IMG/VR virus record: IMGVR_UViG_3300034071_000380
Span: 1 to 64,000 of that record
Source of the DNA: a virus
Length of the DNA: 64,000 nucleotides
Strand: one strand, 5' to 3'
Part shown: positions 28,414 to 38,743 of the stretch, one piece after another
How positions within the stretch are numbered: position 1 is the first letter of the stretch
Layout of the letters: every line of letters starts with the position of its first letter
Translations under genes and position numbers: made by a program
The notes under the pieces: model-generated
What the model was told of the DNA's origin: nothing
What the model saw: only the letters and a program-made list of their open reading frames with translations
Databases searched by the model: none

Positions 28414-29727
28414 TTATCTAATTAATTCTTGTACGGAACCGAGGAAAGAACCGTTCCATTTTGACTTCTTTATTGTAGTTACTTCCTGAGACCCGCCAAG
28501 GTCTGAGGACTTCTTAATTGCAGTCTCACCTTCTACTGCATCGACACGCTTCTGTACGCCATCAATCGTGTTTCTGATATCTGATACTGTCTTTGACAAT
28601 GTATCGTATTGCTCTGCCAACTCTGTAATTCTGGAATCAACGCTCTTGCTGAAAGATTCAACTGTTTCTGTAACAGTCTTAACCTGTGCAGCATTTGCAT
28701 CTGTTGCCTTACTTAGAGTTTCTGAGAAAAAGCCTTTTAGATCGCCTAACATCTTTGCAAAATCAGGTTCATCAACCTCAACTTCTGATACGTCGGCTGC
28801 TTTTTCCAGAGTTTCGGCAGAAGCGTCTGCTACTGCATCTTCTGCAGGAGCTTCTTCAACAGCTGGTGTTTCTTCAACAACAGGTGCTGTCTCTTCAACA
28901 ATAGTCTCTTCAACTACTGTGGTTTCTGTATTTTCTGACACTTCATTACCTCCTTCTGCGTTTGCCTGTTTTGCAATTGTTTGTGTTTCAGGCAACGTGG
29001 ATCTTGACTTGTATAAATCAAGAATTCTATCTATTTCTTTTGCTTTGTTAACATCACTTGATTCTACCCAACCAATTAAGGTTGCAGGCTTTCCTGATAT
29101 TGGTGAATCAAATTCTTTTTCTGTTGACACAAAGACTGAATCGCTTTCTTCGCAATAAAAAATATTCTCTGTTACGACATCTGCCGCCATGCCCTTAAAA
29201 ATCATTTTTCCATTCATCTTCTCAATTGACAAGATGTTGCATAGTTCATTTGCTGGTGAATCAACAATTGAAAGTTCAACTAGCTCATAGTCTTTAATGA
29301 AACGAACTGTTTCTCCATTTGCCTTGTTGACTTCATTGTCTGATTCTAGAATCTTTCCGCCAATTGAAAAACCTGCAAGTGTTCCATCTAGAACTTTCTC
29401 CCAGGTATCCTGTGCGCCTTTTGAAATGTAAGATGTTACATAAACTCCATTGTAAAATTCTTTTGATGCGGGATCATAATAGGTCTCTGGCTTAAATGAT
29501 ACAACCTTGCCAACTGCAATTGGCTGATGCATTTCACGAAGATTCCCACGGAATCTTTCAAATGCTTTCATGCTAGCTTCTGCTGTAACTACATCGCCAG
29601 TCTGATCAACGTTATCTAGTGTTGCAAATCCTGATACTGTTCTCTTCTCACGATTTACTTTTGTAAATGGAACTGCCAGATGGAGGTTATTTCCATTTGA
29701 AGACCAGTTAGATTTTTCAATGTTCAT
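28414..29727 (-). CDS. prohead protease with acidic scaffold-like C-terminus
   Basis: REMH, GFSIGG, ELSIVDSPAN (HK97-type protease); start revised to MNIEK. Confidence 0.88.
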   Translation of the reverse strand: MNIEKSNWSSNGNNLHLAVPFTKVNREKRTVSGFATLDNVDQTGDVVTAEASMKAFERFRGNLREMHQPIAVGKVVSFKPETYYDPASKEFYNGVYVTSYISKGAQDTWEKVLDGTLAGFSIGGKILESDNEVNKANGETVRFIKDYELVELSIVDSPANELCNILSIEKMNGKMIFKGMAADVVTENIFYCEESDSVFVSTEKEFDSPISGKPATLIGWVESSDVNKAKEIDRILDLYKSRSTLPETQTIAKQANAEGGNEVSENTETTVVEETIVEETAPVVEETPAVEEAPAEDAVADASAETLEKAADVSEVEVDEPDFAKMLGDLKGFFSETLSKATDANAAQVKTVTETVESFSKSVDSRITELAEQYDTLSKTVSDIRNTIDGVQKRVDAVEGETAIKKSSDLGGSQEVTTIKKSKWNGSFLGSVQELIR

Positions 29728-29780
29728 ATGCTTAATTTTATCTATTTGTAGATAAAAAGGCAAATAGTGGTTGAGTAGAT

Positions 29781-31370
29781 TTATTCAACCGTTCTTCCGT
29801 CTCCTTGAGCATTTCTGCCTTCTCCTGAAATATCTGGAGAATTGGCTTGTCTTTCTTGCTCTCTTCGACGGGTGTTATTTGCCTGGCTTCTAATTTCAGC
29901 TTGTTGCTGTGGCTTTAATTCAACCATATCATCGCCACCATCCAAAGGTATCATTCCTCTTCTAATTCTAACTTCATTAGGAGTAATTACCTGCATTCTT
30001 AAATATCTCTCATCAATCTTAGATTGAGTATCCTCATCTGTAAGAGTTAATTCATTAAATTTAAGAGAAAGCGCATCTGTCTTTTCTTCAATAATTCTAT
30101 TTAATTTCTTCTCTAATGTCATTTGTGATGGACGGCAAACTTGCTCTTTAAATGTTTTATCTGCATCTCTTGCAACCGCCAAATTAACACCTTCTGGAGT
30201 TCCAATTTTATTAATTGGTACACGATGGGCCAGTAGAATTTCATCTCTATTTGCTTTACGATATACGTTAAATGATGACTCTTGTGCCCCCGCCTCAATA
30301 GGCTCCATTTTAAATTCAACCTTTGAATCTGGCGAATCTGCTGGAAGCGGAATATAAAGAGATCTATGGTTTTTGCCTCTAAGCCCAACCTGAAAAAACT
30401 CAAGAAGCTTGCGTTCTGACTCTGGAGAAAGCTTTGCGCCCTTTACGGTAATAATATATCTTGGGACTGCCTTGTTTTCAAAGTAGTCTAGGTTATACTT
30501 TCCAGCAAACTCATTTCCAGCCAAAGCATTTTGTGCCGCAATAATATCTGGGATGCCGTAGTAGTTATTCATCGGAGTATACTTCTTTAAATGAATAATT
30601 TCATTTGGTCGATCCTCTTGACCAGCAATTGGATTTTCTGTTTCCATGTCTCCAAAATTGCGGAAGAATACAGCCTTGCCATAAAGCAATTGAATAAATC
30701 CGTCACGCAATCTACGAACACGCATTGTCTTTGCTGGGATATGACCAATATATCCAATGTTGCCTGCTGTTGTGCGGCTAATTTCAATATAGCCATTACC
30801 TGTTGCTTCTAAATCTGTGTATGCCTTGATAAGAGTTTGCGTAAAAGTGTCTTCATCATTTGTTGAGTCAAGCCATAGTTGTAAATCTTGCTTTAACTTA
30901 TTAAGCTTTCTGCGTGCCCGTTCTAATTGTTTTGGATCCTCAATTGAATCAAATGCATCGTTTGTCTTTTTAGTTTCTGTAAAGTCATAGCCAAGTCCAA
31001 CAATGTTTGCTACCTTTGCATTTATTGCTGCATAGTTATATGTTGAAATTTCATAAATCTTAGAAAGGTATTCTAAATTATATGGTGGTTCAATAAGATC
31101 AAATAGGGCATATCCAGTGATTGCCTGTGCTAATAAATTCTGTTGTGTTCCAGTATCTTCTCTACCAGTAAATGACTTAGATAATTCTCTGCTCATCTTA
31201 CGACGAAATGCTGGGCTTAGCCCAGATACTTTTTTAAGGGAGTCTTCCTGCATCATAAATGGATCTGATGGATCCATCTCTGGATCCTTCTTTAGTCTAA
31301 ACAAATCCGATGCAGAAGAAATCTCAATTCTGCTTGTTGATTCTGAATCGCTATCTTGTACAAACTCCAT
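29781..31370 (-). CDS. portal protein
   Basis: TGNGYIEI, EIIHLK, YYGIP, ILLAHRVP, ITPNEVR portal motifs. Confidence 0.92.
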   Translation of the reverse strand: MEFVQDSDSESTSRIEISSASDLFRLKKDPEMDPSDPFMMQEDSLKKVSGLSPAFRRKMSRELSKSFTGREDTGTQQNLLAQAITGYALFDLIEPPYNLEYLSKIYEISTYNYAAINAKVANIVGLGYDFTETKKTNDAFDSIEDPKQLERARRKLNKLKQDLQLWLDSTNDEDTFTQTLIKAYTDLEATGNGYIEISRTTAGNIGYIGHIPAKTMRVRRLRDGFIQLLYGKAVFFRNFGDMETENPIAGQEDRPNEIIHLKKYTPMNNYYGIPDIIAAQNALAGNEFAGKYNLDYFENKAVPRYIITVKGAKLSPESERKLLEFFQVGLRGKNHRSLYIPLPADSPDSKVEFKMEPIEAGAQESSFNVYRKANRDEILLAHRVPINKIGTPEGVNLAVARDADKTFKEQVCRPSQMTLEKKLNRIIEEKTDALSLKFNELTLTDEDTQSKIDERYLRMQVITPNEVRIRRGMIPLDGGDDMVELKPQQQAEIRSQANNTRRREQERQANSPDISGEGRNAQGDGRTVE

Positions 31371-31380
31371 TGCCGTCTCC

Positions 31381-31722
31381 TTATTTAGGAAGAATTAACT
31401 TCTTCATTTCGTCTTTATGGTTTCCAACATCTAAAGGATCTGGAATTAGTCCCCACTCAAGTCTTTTTTGCTGATACTCAAATTCTTCATCATCAATTTT
31501 TCTGCGTCCTGAAAGGAATTTTGGTTGTCCCTCATAGATACCATAAGAGCCAACTTCATTTACAAGGGCTTCAATCTTTGACTTATTGCCTTTCATGGAT
31601 GTGACTGACAAGAAATTTCCTTCGTCGTCTCCGACCCATCTGCCATCTGGCATTTCCCAAACATAAATACCAAGTCTGGTTTCTTCATCCATGACCTGTG
31701 TGTTAATCTTATTGATATCCAT
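31381..31722 (-). CDS. hypothetical protein upstream of portal
   Basis: Clean ORF with upstream TGGTAAAAT. Confidence 0.65.
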   Translation of the reverse strand: MDINKINTQVMDEETRLGIYVWEMPDGRWVGDDEGNFLSVTSMKGNKSKIEALVNEVGSYGIYEGQPKFLSGRRKIDDEEFEYQQKRLEWGLIPDPLDVGNHKDEMKKLILPK

Positions 31723-31784
31723 AGAGTTTTATTTTACCATTCTTTGCTGTCAAAGTCCAGCTTTTTGTCATAGAAGATGACAAA

Positions 31785-33665
31785 TTATACGTTTTGGATT
31801 ACAACCCAGTCATTGTCATAGTACTCTACTGAGCTTTCTGTCAGGGTAATTGACGCATTTGAGCTGTCATCTATTACAGAAGTGCTTCCAAGTATATAAA
31901 GGTTATAGTGTTCTAATGCTTGCGTTGAAGTAAATTGTGCTTGATATAAGGCTAAGTTTTGGAATAATGCAGGGATTGCTCCAGATGAAGAATGTGAAAA
32001 TTTTATTTGCCCACTAACTGCGTCTGTAAAAACAATTACAACATGGTGTAACTCGCCTAATTTAAATACATCTAAAACGCTTGTCTGTGATGTCTTATTT
32101 ACGCCATTTATATAAATAGCAGCTATATTGGTCTTGCTTATAGTTCCGCCGCCCGACCATGAATAGTTTGAGGCAGCATAAGATCCACTAGATGCTGTTG
32201 ATATCAACCCACTGACTGTCAATGCATATGGGGTATAAAAAAATTCTAAAGTGTTTACATCAGATTGTGTAGTTAAATAGAACCCAGAATCTTGTACCGT
32301 CTTAATTCCATTTCTGGCATCTTTAGATAAAATTGGATATTTATTATTTCCAGTAGTTATCTCATATTCTGAGACGCCTGCTACATTATCTAATGTTGTC
32401 ATATATGACCCAGAATTATTTGAATAAAAAATTTGATCATTATAAAAGGACATTGCAAGGCTGTATAGCTTTGGAACATATTTACTAGCATCTGTGGAAT
32501 CAAAAGTTATCTTTATAAAGAATGTTCTTTGTGTTGAAAAGTCATTAAGAACAAACCCTGGAATTGCCCCGCCGTTTATACATTCAACATATGTAGACCC
32601 ATCTAAAGATACTTCAACTGTAATGCCATTGTCTCCGTCCCAATCAATTTTTGAAGAATCAACTGTAAGGGCTGCTGGAATTGAAATTATATCTTCTATA
32701 TATGTGCTAGAAGATACTGCTGATTCTGTTTGAACAAGGGAAATTGAATTATCATTTTGATTAAAATAAAGATCTTCATTCATTATATCTGGCCAAGACC
32801 TGTTGGCTGGGTAAGAATAAAAGTATTCAGTTGCTATTGAATTATCATAAACTTCAAACAGCTGTCCAGACTCAGGTGTAACTATTTGAATTGGAAGTAT
32901 CCCAGAGGCTTGATTATAGTGTGAATTTATTTGAGCATTAGAAAGAGCATATCTATATACAGCCACACTATTTATCAAAAAATGATCATTTGCATTTAAC
33001 GTTGGTCCGCTTTTTAAAGACAAAGAAGTATTTTGAAACGGAGAGGAAGTTAATTCTTTTGTCTTTTGCAGTACTGAATTAATATAAATAGATGCAGAAG
33101 AAACTGAGTATGTGCACACGATATGCAAAACCTTATTTAAATACGGAACGGTACAAAATATTTCCTCGTTATCCATTTTAAATACTATATTGCCTTTATC
33201 ATAAAATAAACCAACATTATTTGACAAGTCTCCAAATATTGGAGTTATGTTAGTTGTTGTAAATTTTGGATAAACCCATGCCTCAACTGTAAAATCGTTA
33301 TCAGATGAAGACAGTGTTGCAAATTGACTGGTTGTTTGAGTAGCAGTGTAATCTTTTGTTATTGAATACTCAATTGAGTTTAAATTTGTTATCTTTGTTG
33401 CTCTTGAATTTCCTACAACTACAGGAAGAATTCCTATCTCTGGATCCCCGCCATAAATAGCATCATTTTCGCATCCTGAATGATCATATGCAATATCTCC
33501 ATATATGCTTGCATATGATGTAATTAAGGGGTCATCTAAAATTTCTTGATACGTAGCATATGAATTTTCAATAGCTGTATAGTTTGCAATATCAACCGTA
33601 GTCAAATCATCCAAAGGGTAGTAACCGATTGGATAGTCTGACAAAATTGTTGATCTATATGACAT
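31785..33665 (-). CDS. LamG/concanavalin A-like lectin domain virion protein
   Basis: PIGYYPLDD, FTVEAWV, HIVCTY, VAVYRYALS...HY motifs. Confidence 0.75.
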   Translation of the reverse strand: MSYRSTILSDYPIGYYPLDDLTTVDIANYTAIENSYATYQEILDDPLITSYASIYGDIAYDHSGCENDAIYGGDPEIGILPVVVGNSRATKITNLNSIEYSITKDYTATQTTSQFATLSSSDNDFTVEAWVYPKFTTTNITPIFGDLSNNVGLFYDKGNIVFKMDNEEIFCTVPYLNKVLHIVCTYSVSSASIYINSVLQKTKELTSSPFQNTSLSLKSGPTLNANDHFLINSVAVYRYALSNAQINSHYNQASGILPIQIVTPESGQLFEVYDNSIATEYFYSYPANRSWPDIMNEDLYFNQNDNSISLVQTESAVSSSTYIEDIISIPAALTVDSSKIDWDGDNGITVEVSLDGSTYVECINGGAIPGFVLNDFSTQRTFFIKITFDSTDASKYVPKLYSLAMSFYNDQIFYSNNSGSYMTTLDNVAGVSEYEITTGNNKYPILSKDARNGIKTVQDSGFYLTTQSDVNTLEFFYTPYALTVSGLISTASSGSYAASNYSWSGGGTISKTNIAAIYINGVNKTSQTSVLDVFKLGELHHVVIVFTDAVSGQIKFSHSSSGAIPALFQNLALYQAQFTSTQALEHYNLYILGSTSVIDDSSNASITLTESSVEYYDNDWVVIQNV

Positions 33666-33675
33666 CTATTCCTAA

Positions 33676-33873
33676 TTATAATGCTTGTATTTGTTCTTCA
33701 AATCCTGCAATTTGTAAATCTAAAAATGCAATGTGATCTGCACTTGGATTTGTTTTTGCAAGCTCTGCTTCTTTTTGTAACTCAAATGAATACATTTGAT
33801 ACTCAAAATTACGAATTGTTGCAATTCTAATTTGAGCTTTTTCATCGTCCGTTAGGACTGTATATGTTGCCAT
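33676..33873 (-). CDS. small hypothetical protein (possible fibre chaperone)
   Basis: ORF with GGGAG RBS directly after an Ig-like gene. Confidence 0.6.
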   Translation of the reverse strand: MATYTVLTDDEKAQIRIATIRNFEYQMYSFELQKEAELAKTNPSADHIAFLDLQIAGFEEQIQAL

Positions 33874-33885
33874 TTTATTCTCCCT

Positions 33886-34842
33886 TTACCATGTTATATT
33901 ATCTACTTGTCCTGGTGTTATTGTACTTGCTGTTCCACCAATACTTGTTGAGCCAGTTACCCCAGTTCCTTCTGCACCAGAAGAATTTCTAGATCTTACG
34001 TTTACAGAAAAAGATGAGGTTGTAGGCCATTGAATAGTACCAGCAGAGTAACTATATGAAGTAGATGCAGTATTTCCAACGTAAGAACTATTTATATAAA
34101 TATCATATGATGTTGCATTTGTTCCAGCGGTCCAGGATATGGATAGCGTTGTTGTATTATACATAGCCAGAACACCTGCGTATAATGTTCTTGGCCCAGA
34201 ATTTGATCCTTTTGTAATTGTTACAGTTGTTGGTGATGTTGGAAAAGGATTAGAAACAACATCTCTACTATCTGAAGTTAAAACATTGTATTTTGTAATT
34301 AATCCACTTCCAGTTGTAAATACAAATGACGCTGTTGTTCCGCCAGAATACGTAGTGGTTGCAGATCCTGGCTGTCCAGGTGTTGGGGTTCCATTAGATA
34401 AAATTAAATTAGATGGTGCGCCAGGAGTTGCAGCAACAACTGTTATAGAATTACTGCTTGTTACTGTTGTTGTGCCTCTATTGTTTGTTGATGTAACTTT
34501 ACAAGCAATTGCATTTCCTATATCTGCAACCAATGTTGAATATGTGGAAGATGTGGCTCCAGATATATTAGATCCACCTCTTGTCCATTGATATGTATAT
34601 TCTCCTAAAAATGCATCATTTGTATTCCAAGTGCCAGTTGTAGAAGTTAAAGTTTGCCCTTGTGTGCTTGATCCAGATATTGTTGGAGCTGCTGTATTTA
34701 ATGGATATTCTGGATAAAATTGCGACCATGAAGATCCGTTATATATCCAGCCTTTTTTAGCATTAGACCATACAGAGCCATTATAAAATTTTAAACTTTT
34801 TTGAGCATTCCATGAAGAGCCATCATATATTTTTATAGTCAT
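33886..34842 (-). CDS. Ig-like/FN3 virion decoration or fibre protein
   Basis: Repeated Y[DN]GSxW N-terminus; APTISG...TLTSTTGTW...YTYQW Ig module. Confidence 0.7.
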   Translation of the reverse strand: MTIKIYDGSSWNAQKSLKFYNGSVWSNAKKGWIYNGSSWSQFYPEYPLNTAAPTISGSSTQGQTLTSTTGTWNTNDAFLGEYTYQWTRGGSNISGATSSTYSTLVADIGNAIACKVTSTNNRGTTTVTSSNSITVVAATPGAPSNLILSNGTPTPGQPGSATTTYSGGTTASFVFTTGSGLITKYNVLTSDSRDVVSNPFPTSPTTVTITKGSNSGPRTLYAGVLAMYNTTTLSISWTAGTNATSYDIYINSSYVGNTASTSYSYSAGTIQWPTTSSFSVNVRSRNSSGAEGTGVTGSTSIGGTASTITPGQVDNITW

Positions 34843-34850
34843 GTTGGCTC

Positions 34851-35831
34851 CTAGTAGTGAATATAAATGTCGCCTGCGGCTGTTCCAGTTGGATTTGTTC
34901 CACTGGTATTGTAAAAAACTTTATTTGCAGATGTTATCATTCCGTTTGTATAGGCATTTGAATTAGTTGCGCCGATTGTACCTTGTGAGCCAGTTGTTCC
35001 TTGTGCTCCAGTTGTACCTTGTGTGCCAGATGTACCTTGGGTTCCAGTAGCCCCTTGTGCTCCAGTTTCACCTTGTGCTCCAGTAGTTCCCTGAGTACCA
35101 AGAGTTCCTTGCGTTCCAGTTTCACCTTGTGCTCCAGTAGTTCCCTGTGCTCCAGTTGCACCTTGTGCTCCAATTGTACCTTGTGTGCCAGAGGTTCCTT
35201 GCGTTCCAGTTGCACCTTGTGCTCCAGTAGTTCCTTGTGCTCCAGTTGCACCTTGTGCTCCAGTAGCACCTTGTTCTCCTTGAATTGGCCCAACATTTGT
35301 CCAAGCAGAACCTGTCCAAACATATAAATCACCAGAAATTGTATAAGCGTCTCCAAGTGTTCCTGTTGGGTGTGCGGATTGCAGGTCTCCTAATGTTGCA
35401 TACGTTCCTAAAATATCAACACCAGTTCCAGCAACTCCTTGTGTGCCAACGGCTCCTTGCGTACCAAGAGTTCCTTGCGTTCCAGTTTCACCTTGTGCTC
35501 CAGTAGTTCCCTGAGTACCAAGAGTTCCTTGCGTTCCAGTTGCACCTTGTGCTCCAGTAGTTCCCTGTGCTCCAGTTGCACCTTGTGCTCCAGTTGTTCC
35601 TTGCGTACCTTGCGTACCAAGAGTTCCTTGAGTTCCAGTTGCACCTTGTGCTCCAGTAGTTCCCTGTGCTCCAGTTGTTCCTTGTGTACCTTGTGCGCCT
35701 ATAGTTCCTTGCGCTCCAGGGTTCGCAGTTAAATAAGTATCAATATTTTGTGCAAGTAGCTGAATGTCCGCAGGAATGTCTGGCGGATCTGAATAAGCGG
35801 GAAAACTAAAACCCTTTGATGTTGAGCCCAT
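34851..35831 (-). CDS. collagen-like fibre protein
   Basis: Two long (G-X-Y)n tracts of GAQ/GTQ/GTT around a LYVWTGSAWTNVG knuckle. Confidence 0.85.
   Translation of the reverse strand: MGSTSKGFSFPAYSDPPDIPADIQLLAQNIDTYLTANPGAQGTIGAQGTQGTTGAQGTTGAQGATGTQGTLGTQGTQGTTGAQGATGAQGTTGAQGATGTQGTLGTQGTTGAQGETGTQGTLGTQGAVGTQGVAGTGVDILGTYATLGDLQSAHPTGTLGDAYTISGDLYVWTGSAWTNVGPIQGEQGATGAQGATGAQGTTGAQGATGTQGTSGTQGTIGAQGATGAQGTTGAQGETGTQGTLGTQGTTGAQGETGAQGATGTQGTSGTQGTTGAQGTTGSQGTIGATNSNAYTNGMITSANKVFYNTSGTNPTGTAAGDIYIHY
34975..35718. repeat. 9/18-bp periodic collagen-coding repeats with longer exact duplications
   Basis: e.g. CCTTGTGCTCCAGTAGTTCCCTGAGTACCAAGAGTTCCTTGCGTTCCAGTT at 35071 and 35491. Confidence 0.85.
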
Positions 35832-35864
35832 TTTAAAATTATACCACCTTAAATGTTATAATAG

Positions 35865-36608
35865 TCATGGCTTATTAAGCTCCTCAGTGCTTCCTTTATG
35901 AATTGAGCTATTGGCTGCGGCTTCTAGTAAAAGCTTGACTGGCCTATATGAATTTGGCTTAATTGTATAGGTATTAAACTTAATTTGATTGTCTTCTTGC
36001 TTCATTCGAAAATTAAATACATACCAATCAATAGGGGCTGTTATTCCCATAGACTCTATATTTTCTATAGCCTTTTTAGCCCCCGACCTATTTACCACAT
36101 ATGTGGCACATGACCATTGCTGATAAGATCGGCAGGTAAGGCTATCATTATTAAAAGAATGTTTCATTTCATTATAAGCAAATAAGGAGTCATCTGGTAC
36201 AAACGGAGAAAAGAACTCCCAATCTTCTGGCAACTCCACTAGATATGAATTCAATATATATGCAAAATTTTTACTAAGAACAATATCGTCTTCAAACAAA
36301 ATAAGTATATCTTTGTCTGTTTCTAGAAAGTTTTTATATGCAATATAGTTGCTTGCCCATACACCAATTACTCCAGAGCTAGGTGGAAATGTTTCTCCTG
36401 GTTGGCAATAATCTTCTACAGTATTTACCTTAAATTTAGGTGTATCGGTTAAAAATTGATTTACTTTTTCTACTGTATTCAAGTATATTGTGGGTGAGGT
36501 TAATCTTGGTATTCCCGCCATTTCACTTAAAACATTGTCATAAGACTGATTTCTAAATTTATTTCCGCTGTCTGTATGAAATATTTCAAAGCATGAGTTT
36601 GCTAACAT
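35865..36608 (-). CDS. glycosyltransferase, GT25-like
   Basis: GVIGVWASNY...ILILFEDD...YVVNRSGAKK...PIDW matches the GT25 pattern. Confidence 0.75.
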   Translation of the reverse strand: MLANSCFEIFHTDSGNKFRNQSYDNVLSEMAGIPRLTSPTIYLNTVEKVNQFLTDTPKFKVNTVEDYCQPGETFPPSSGVIGVWASNYIAYKNFLETDKDILILFEDDIVLSKNFAYILNSYLVELPEDWEFFSPFVPDDSLFAYNEMKHSFNNDSLTCRSYQQWSCATYVVNRSGAKKAIENIESMGITAPIDWYVFNFRMKQEDNQIKFNTYTIKPNSYRPVKLLLEAAANSSIHKGSTEELNKP

Positions 36609-37132
36609 TTCTTAATCCACATTTGATATCCAGACTCTATGACTGTGTACTGATCCTTACATACCTCTAGGAAGCCGTCAACGCCTCTCTTAGGTTCTAA
36701 GAAGCGGTTGCCGTTATAGTTCCATAGGTAATCATCAAAAGCCATTACACCGCCTGATTCAAGCAACCTAAATGCATTTAATCCATCTAATGATGTCTGT
36801 AATGCTGTATGATCTCCATCAATGTATATAAAATTAAACTGTGATTTATTTGAAGCAAAGTACTCGTCGCTTGTCATTTTGTATTTATAAATACGAGTAT
36901 CATTAAACCTAGAGTCATAATAACTTTCTACTGAATTAAAGTCTAATGATTCATGAGCAATTTCTTCGCTTCCGCCCCATGTATCTACATCATGCAAATA
37001 TTCTAATTCTCTATTATTTAAAAGCCATTCTGTAGCATCTCCCGTATATGTGCCAATTTGCAAAGCACGAAGTGGCTCATTTGGCACATGACGGAAATAC
37101 TTTTCTACATCTTTAAACCAATTAGGAAACAT
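36602..37132 (-). CDS. class I SAM-dependent methyltransferase (Methyltransf_24-like)
   Basis: LQIGTYTG, FIYIDGDH, GGVMAFDDY motifs. Confidence 0.85.
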   Translation of the reverse strand: MFPNWFKDVEKYFRHVPNEPLRALQIGTYTGDATEWLLNNRELEYLHDVDTWGGSEEIAHESLDFNSVESYYDSRFNDTRIYKYKMTSDEYFASNKSQFNFIYIDGDHTALQTSLDGLNAFRLLESGGVMAFDDYLWNYNGNRFLEPKRGVDGFLEVCKDQYTVIESGYQMWIKKC

Positions 37133-37133
37133 A

Positions 37134-37694
37134 TTAGTACAACTTCAAATTATTAAGGCATCCAGTAACATATTCTGGAGCCATTTTATGATCATCTAAT
37201 AAATGCTGGAATAGAGACTTGCTCTCTTCTTTTTTGCCAAGCCACCATCCTGCCACCGCTTTTTCAAACATCAGGCAGTATGCGCCATTATAATCTACAT
37301 ATCCTGGAAGCGGTTGATGAAATGTATGTGTGGCATACAACAATCCCATTTCAGCAAATGTGTAGCAGTCTTGATACATCTTATTACGCTCATTAATTCT
37401 TGATAGCAGGAAGTATGCCTCTGGTCTATTTGGTAAGTAGGCTATAGCCTGCATAATATTATTATGGACAGTCTTATTTCTATCGCCCTGATGTGTCCAG
37501 CATATAGCCATTCTAAGTAATGATGTGTAGGTAATTAGTGGGTGAGTCTTGTATCCAAACTCTGCTGCTCTTAAATAAAATCCAGCTGCTGAAGCATATT
37601 GTTGCTGTGCATCGTAGGCTTGTGCTAGATCAAAATTAATCTGAACATCAGATGGGTTTGAGGCCAGCGCTATTGTTAATTCTCTAATTGCCAT
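37134..37694 (-). CDS. TPR-repeat protein
   Basis: Helical TPR pattern (AIAYLPNRPEAYFLLS); start revised to MAIREL. Confidence 0.7.
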   Translation of the reverse strand: MAIRELTIALASNPSDVQINFDLAQAYDAQQQYASAAGFYLRAAEFGYKTHPLITYTSLLRMAICWTHQGDRNKTVHNNIMQAIAYLPNRPEAYFLLSRINERNKMYQDCYTFAEMGLLYATHTFHQPLPGYVDYNGAYCLMFEKAVAGWWLGKKEESKSLFQHLLDDHKMAPEYVTGCLNNLKLY

Positions 37695-38688
37695 ATGCCA
37701 TTGCCTCCGTAATAATTTCATTTACAACATTTGACGGAACTTCTAATATAAATGCTGCATTGTCTTGAATGCCAAAGCTTAGTAATAAGTTGTCATTTTT
37801 AATTGCAGCACCAACACAAAATTCAATCGGTGTATCAAGAAATGCAAACGATTTGCTTAGCCCAACAAAGTTAAAATCTTTATCCCATACAATAACCCTA
37901 TGTCTATAAATTGAGTCTTTTTGTTTAAGATAATTCTTCCATAGTTTTACTTCATGGGTAACTGTAATATAATACTCTCCCCATTTAATAACATTGGTTC
38001 CGCCTCTTTGATCAATTGGGGCAGCAGGAGTAGATTTAACAACAACTTGTTCACATTCTGGTTTATCTGGATTAGCCTTTACAATCTCTGTAGGCATTGC
38101 CCATTTAACAAAGTGATACGGCTGATCTAATATAGGCATCCAGTTTTTCTCACAATATGATGTTGCCTCATCAATTGGAGCTGGGATTCTTACACGCTGT
38201 ATTTCTGTTGCAGTCCAGTTTTCTTTATCTAATTCAATCTTAGAGTATTCCATTCGGCCTTGCCCGTTTGGAGTTGTATCACGGCGAACACCAATAAGAT
38301 AGTAGTCTCCACCCCATTGTGTAATTCTACAATCTTCTTCGCCAACAAACTCCCAAATTGGCGGTACATCAAATTTAGAATAATCTACTTTAGTATAATT
38401 AATTATATTTAATTTATTATCTAAGCGACATAAATAATTAGTTGTTACAAGTCTCTGATCTTTTTCAGGATGTAAGTATGATAATGGTCCCCAAGGACTG
38501 AAGAAGTTTTGATCTTTTTCTGAATGATAAAGCGTATAATTAACTCTGCGAATATTTACTAAAATATCTCCGTCATCATCAATAAAGATAGATGGATTCA
38601 TTAATCCCATTCCGTCTGAAACTTCGGCTGGAATAATAAGGGGAACTAAATTTCCCCCACTATCTATTGATCTTTGTACTAGATTCAT
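37684..38688 (-). CDS. five-bladed beta-propeller glycoside hydrolase/phosphorylase-like protein (GH130/GH43-like)
   Basis: MNPSIF, GEEDCRI, EKNWMP, RGGT, IEFCVG, SFGIQD motifs. Confidence 0.7.
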   Translation of the reverse strand: MNLVQRSIDSGGNLVPLIIPAEVSDGMGLMNPSIFIDDDGDILVNIRRVNYTLYHSEKDQNFFSPWGPLSYLHPEKDQRLVTTNYLCRLDNKLNIINYTKVDYSKFDVPPIWEFVGEEDCRITQWGGDYYLIGVRRDTTPNGQGRMEYSKIELDKENWTATEIQRVRIPAPIDEATSYCEKNWMPILDQPYHFVKWAMPTEIVKANPDKPECEQVVVKSTPAAPIDQRGGTNVIKWGEYYITVTHEVKLWKNYLKQKDSIYRHRVIVWDKDFNFVGLSKSFAFLDTPIEFCVGAAIKNDNLLLSFGIQDNAAFILEVPSNVVNEIITEAMAYGN

Positions 38689-38743
38689 AGTACCTATTCT
38701 ACTATTTAAAACAATTATTGTAAATGTTTATTAATTAAATTTA

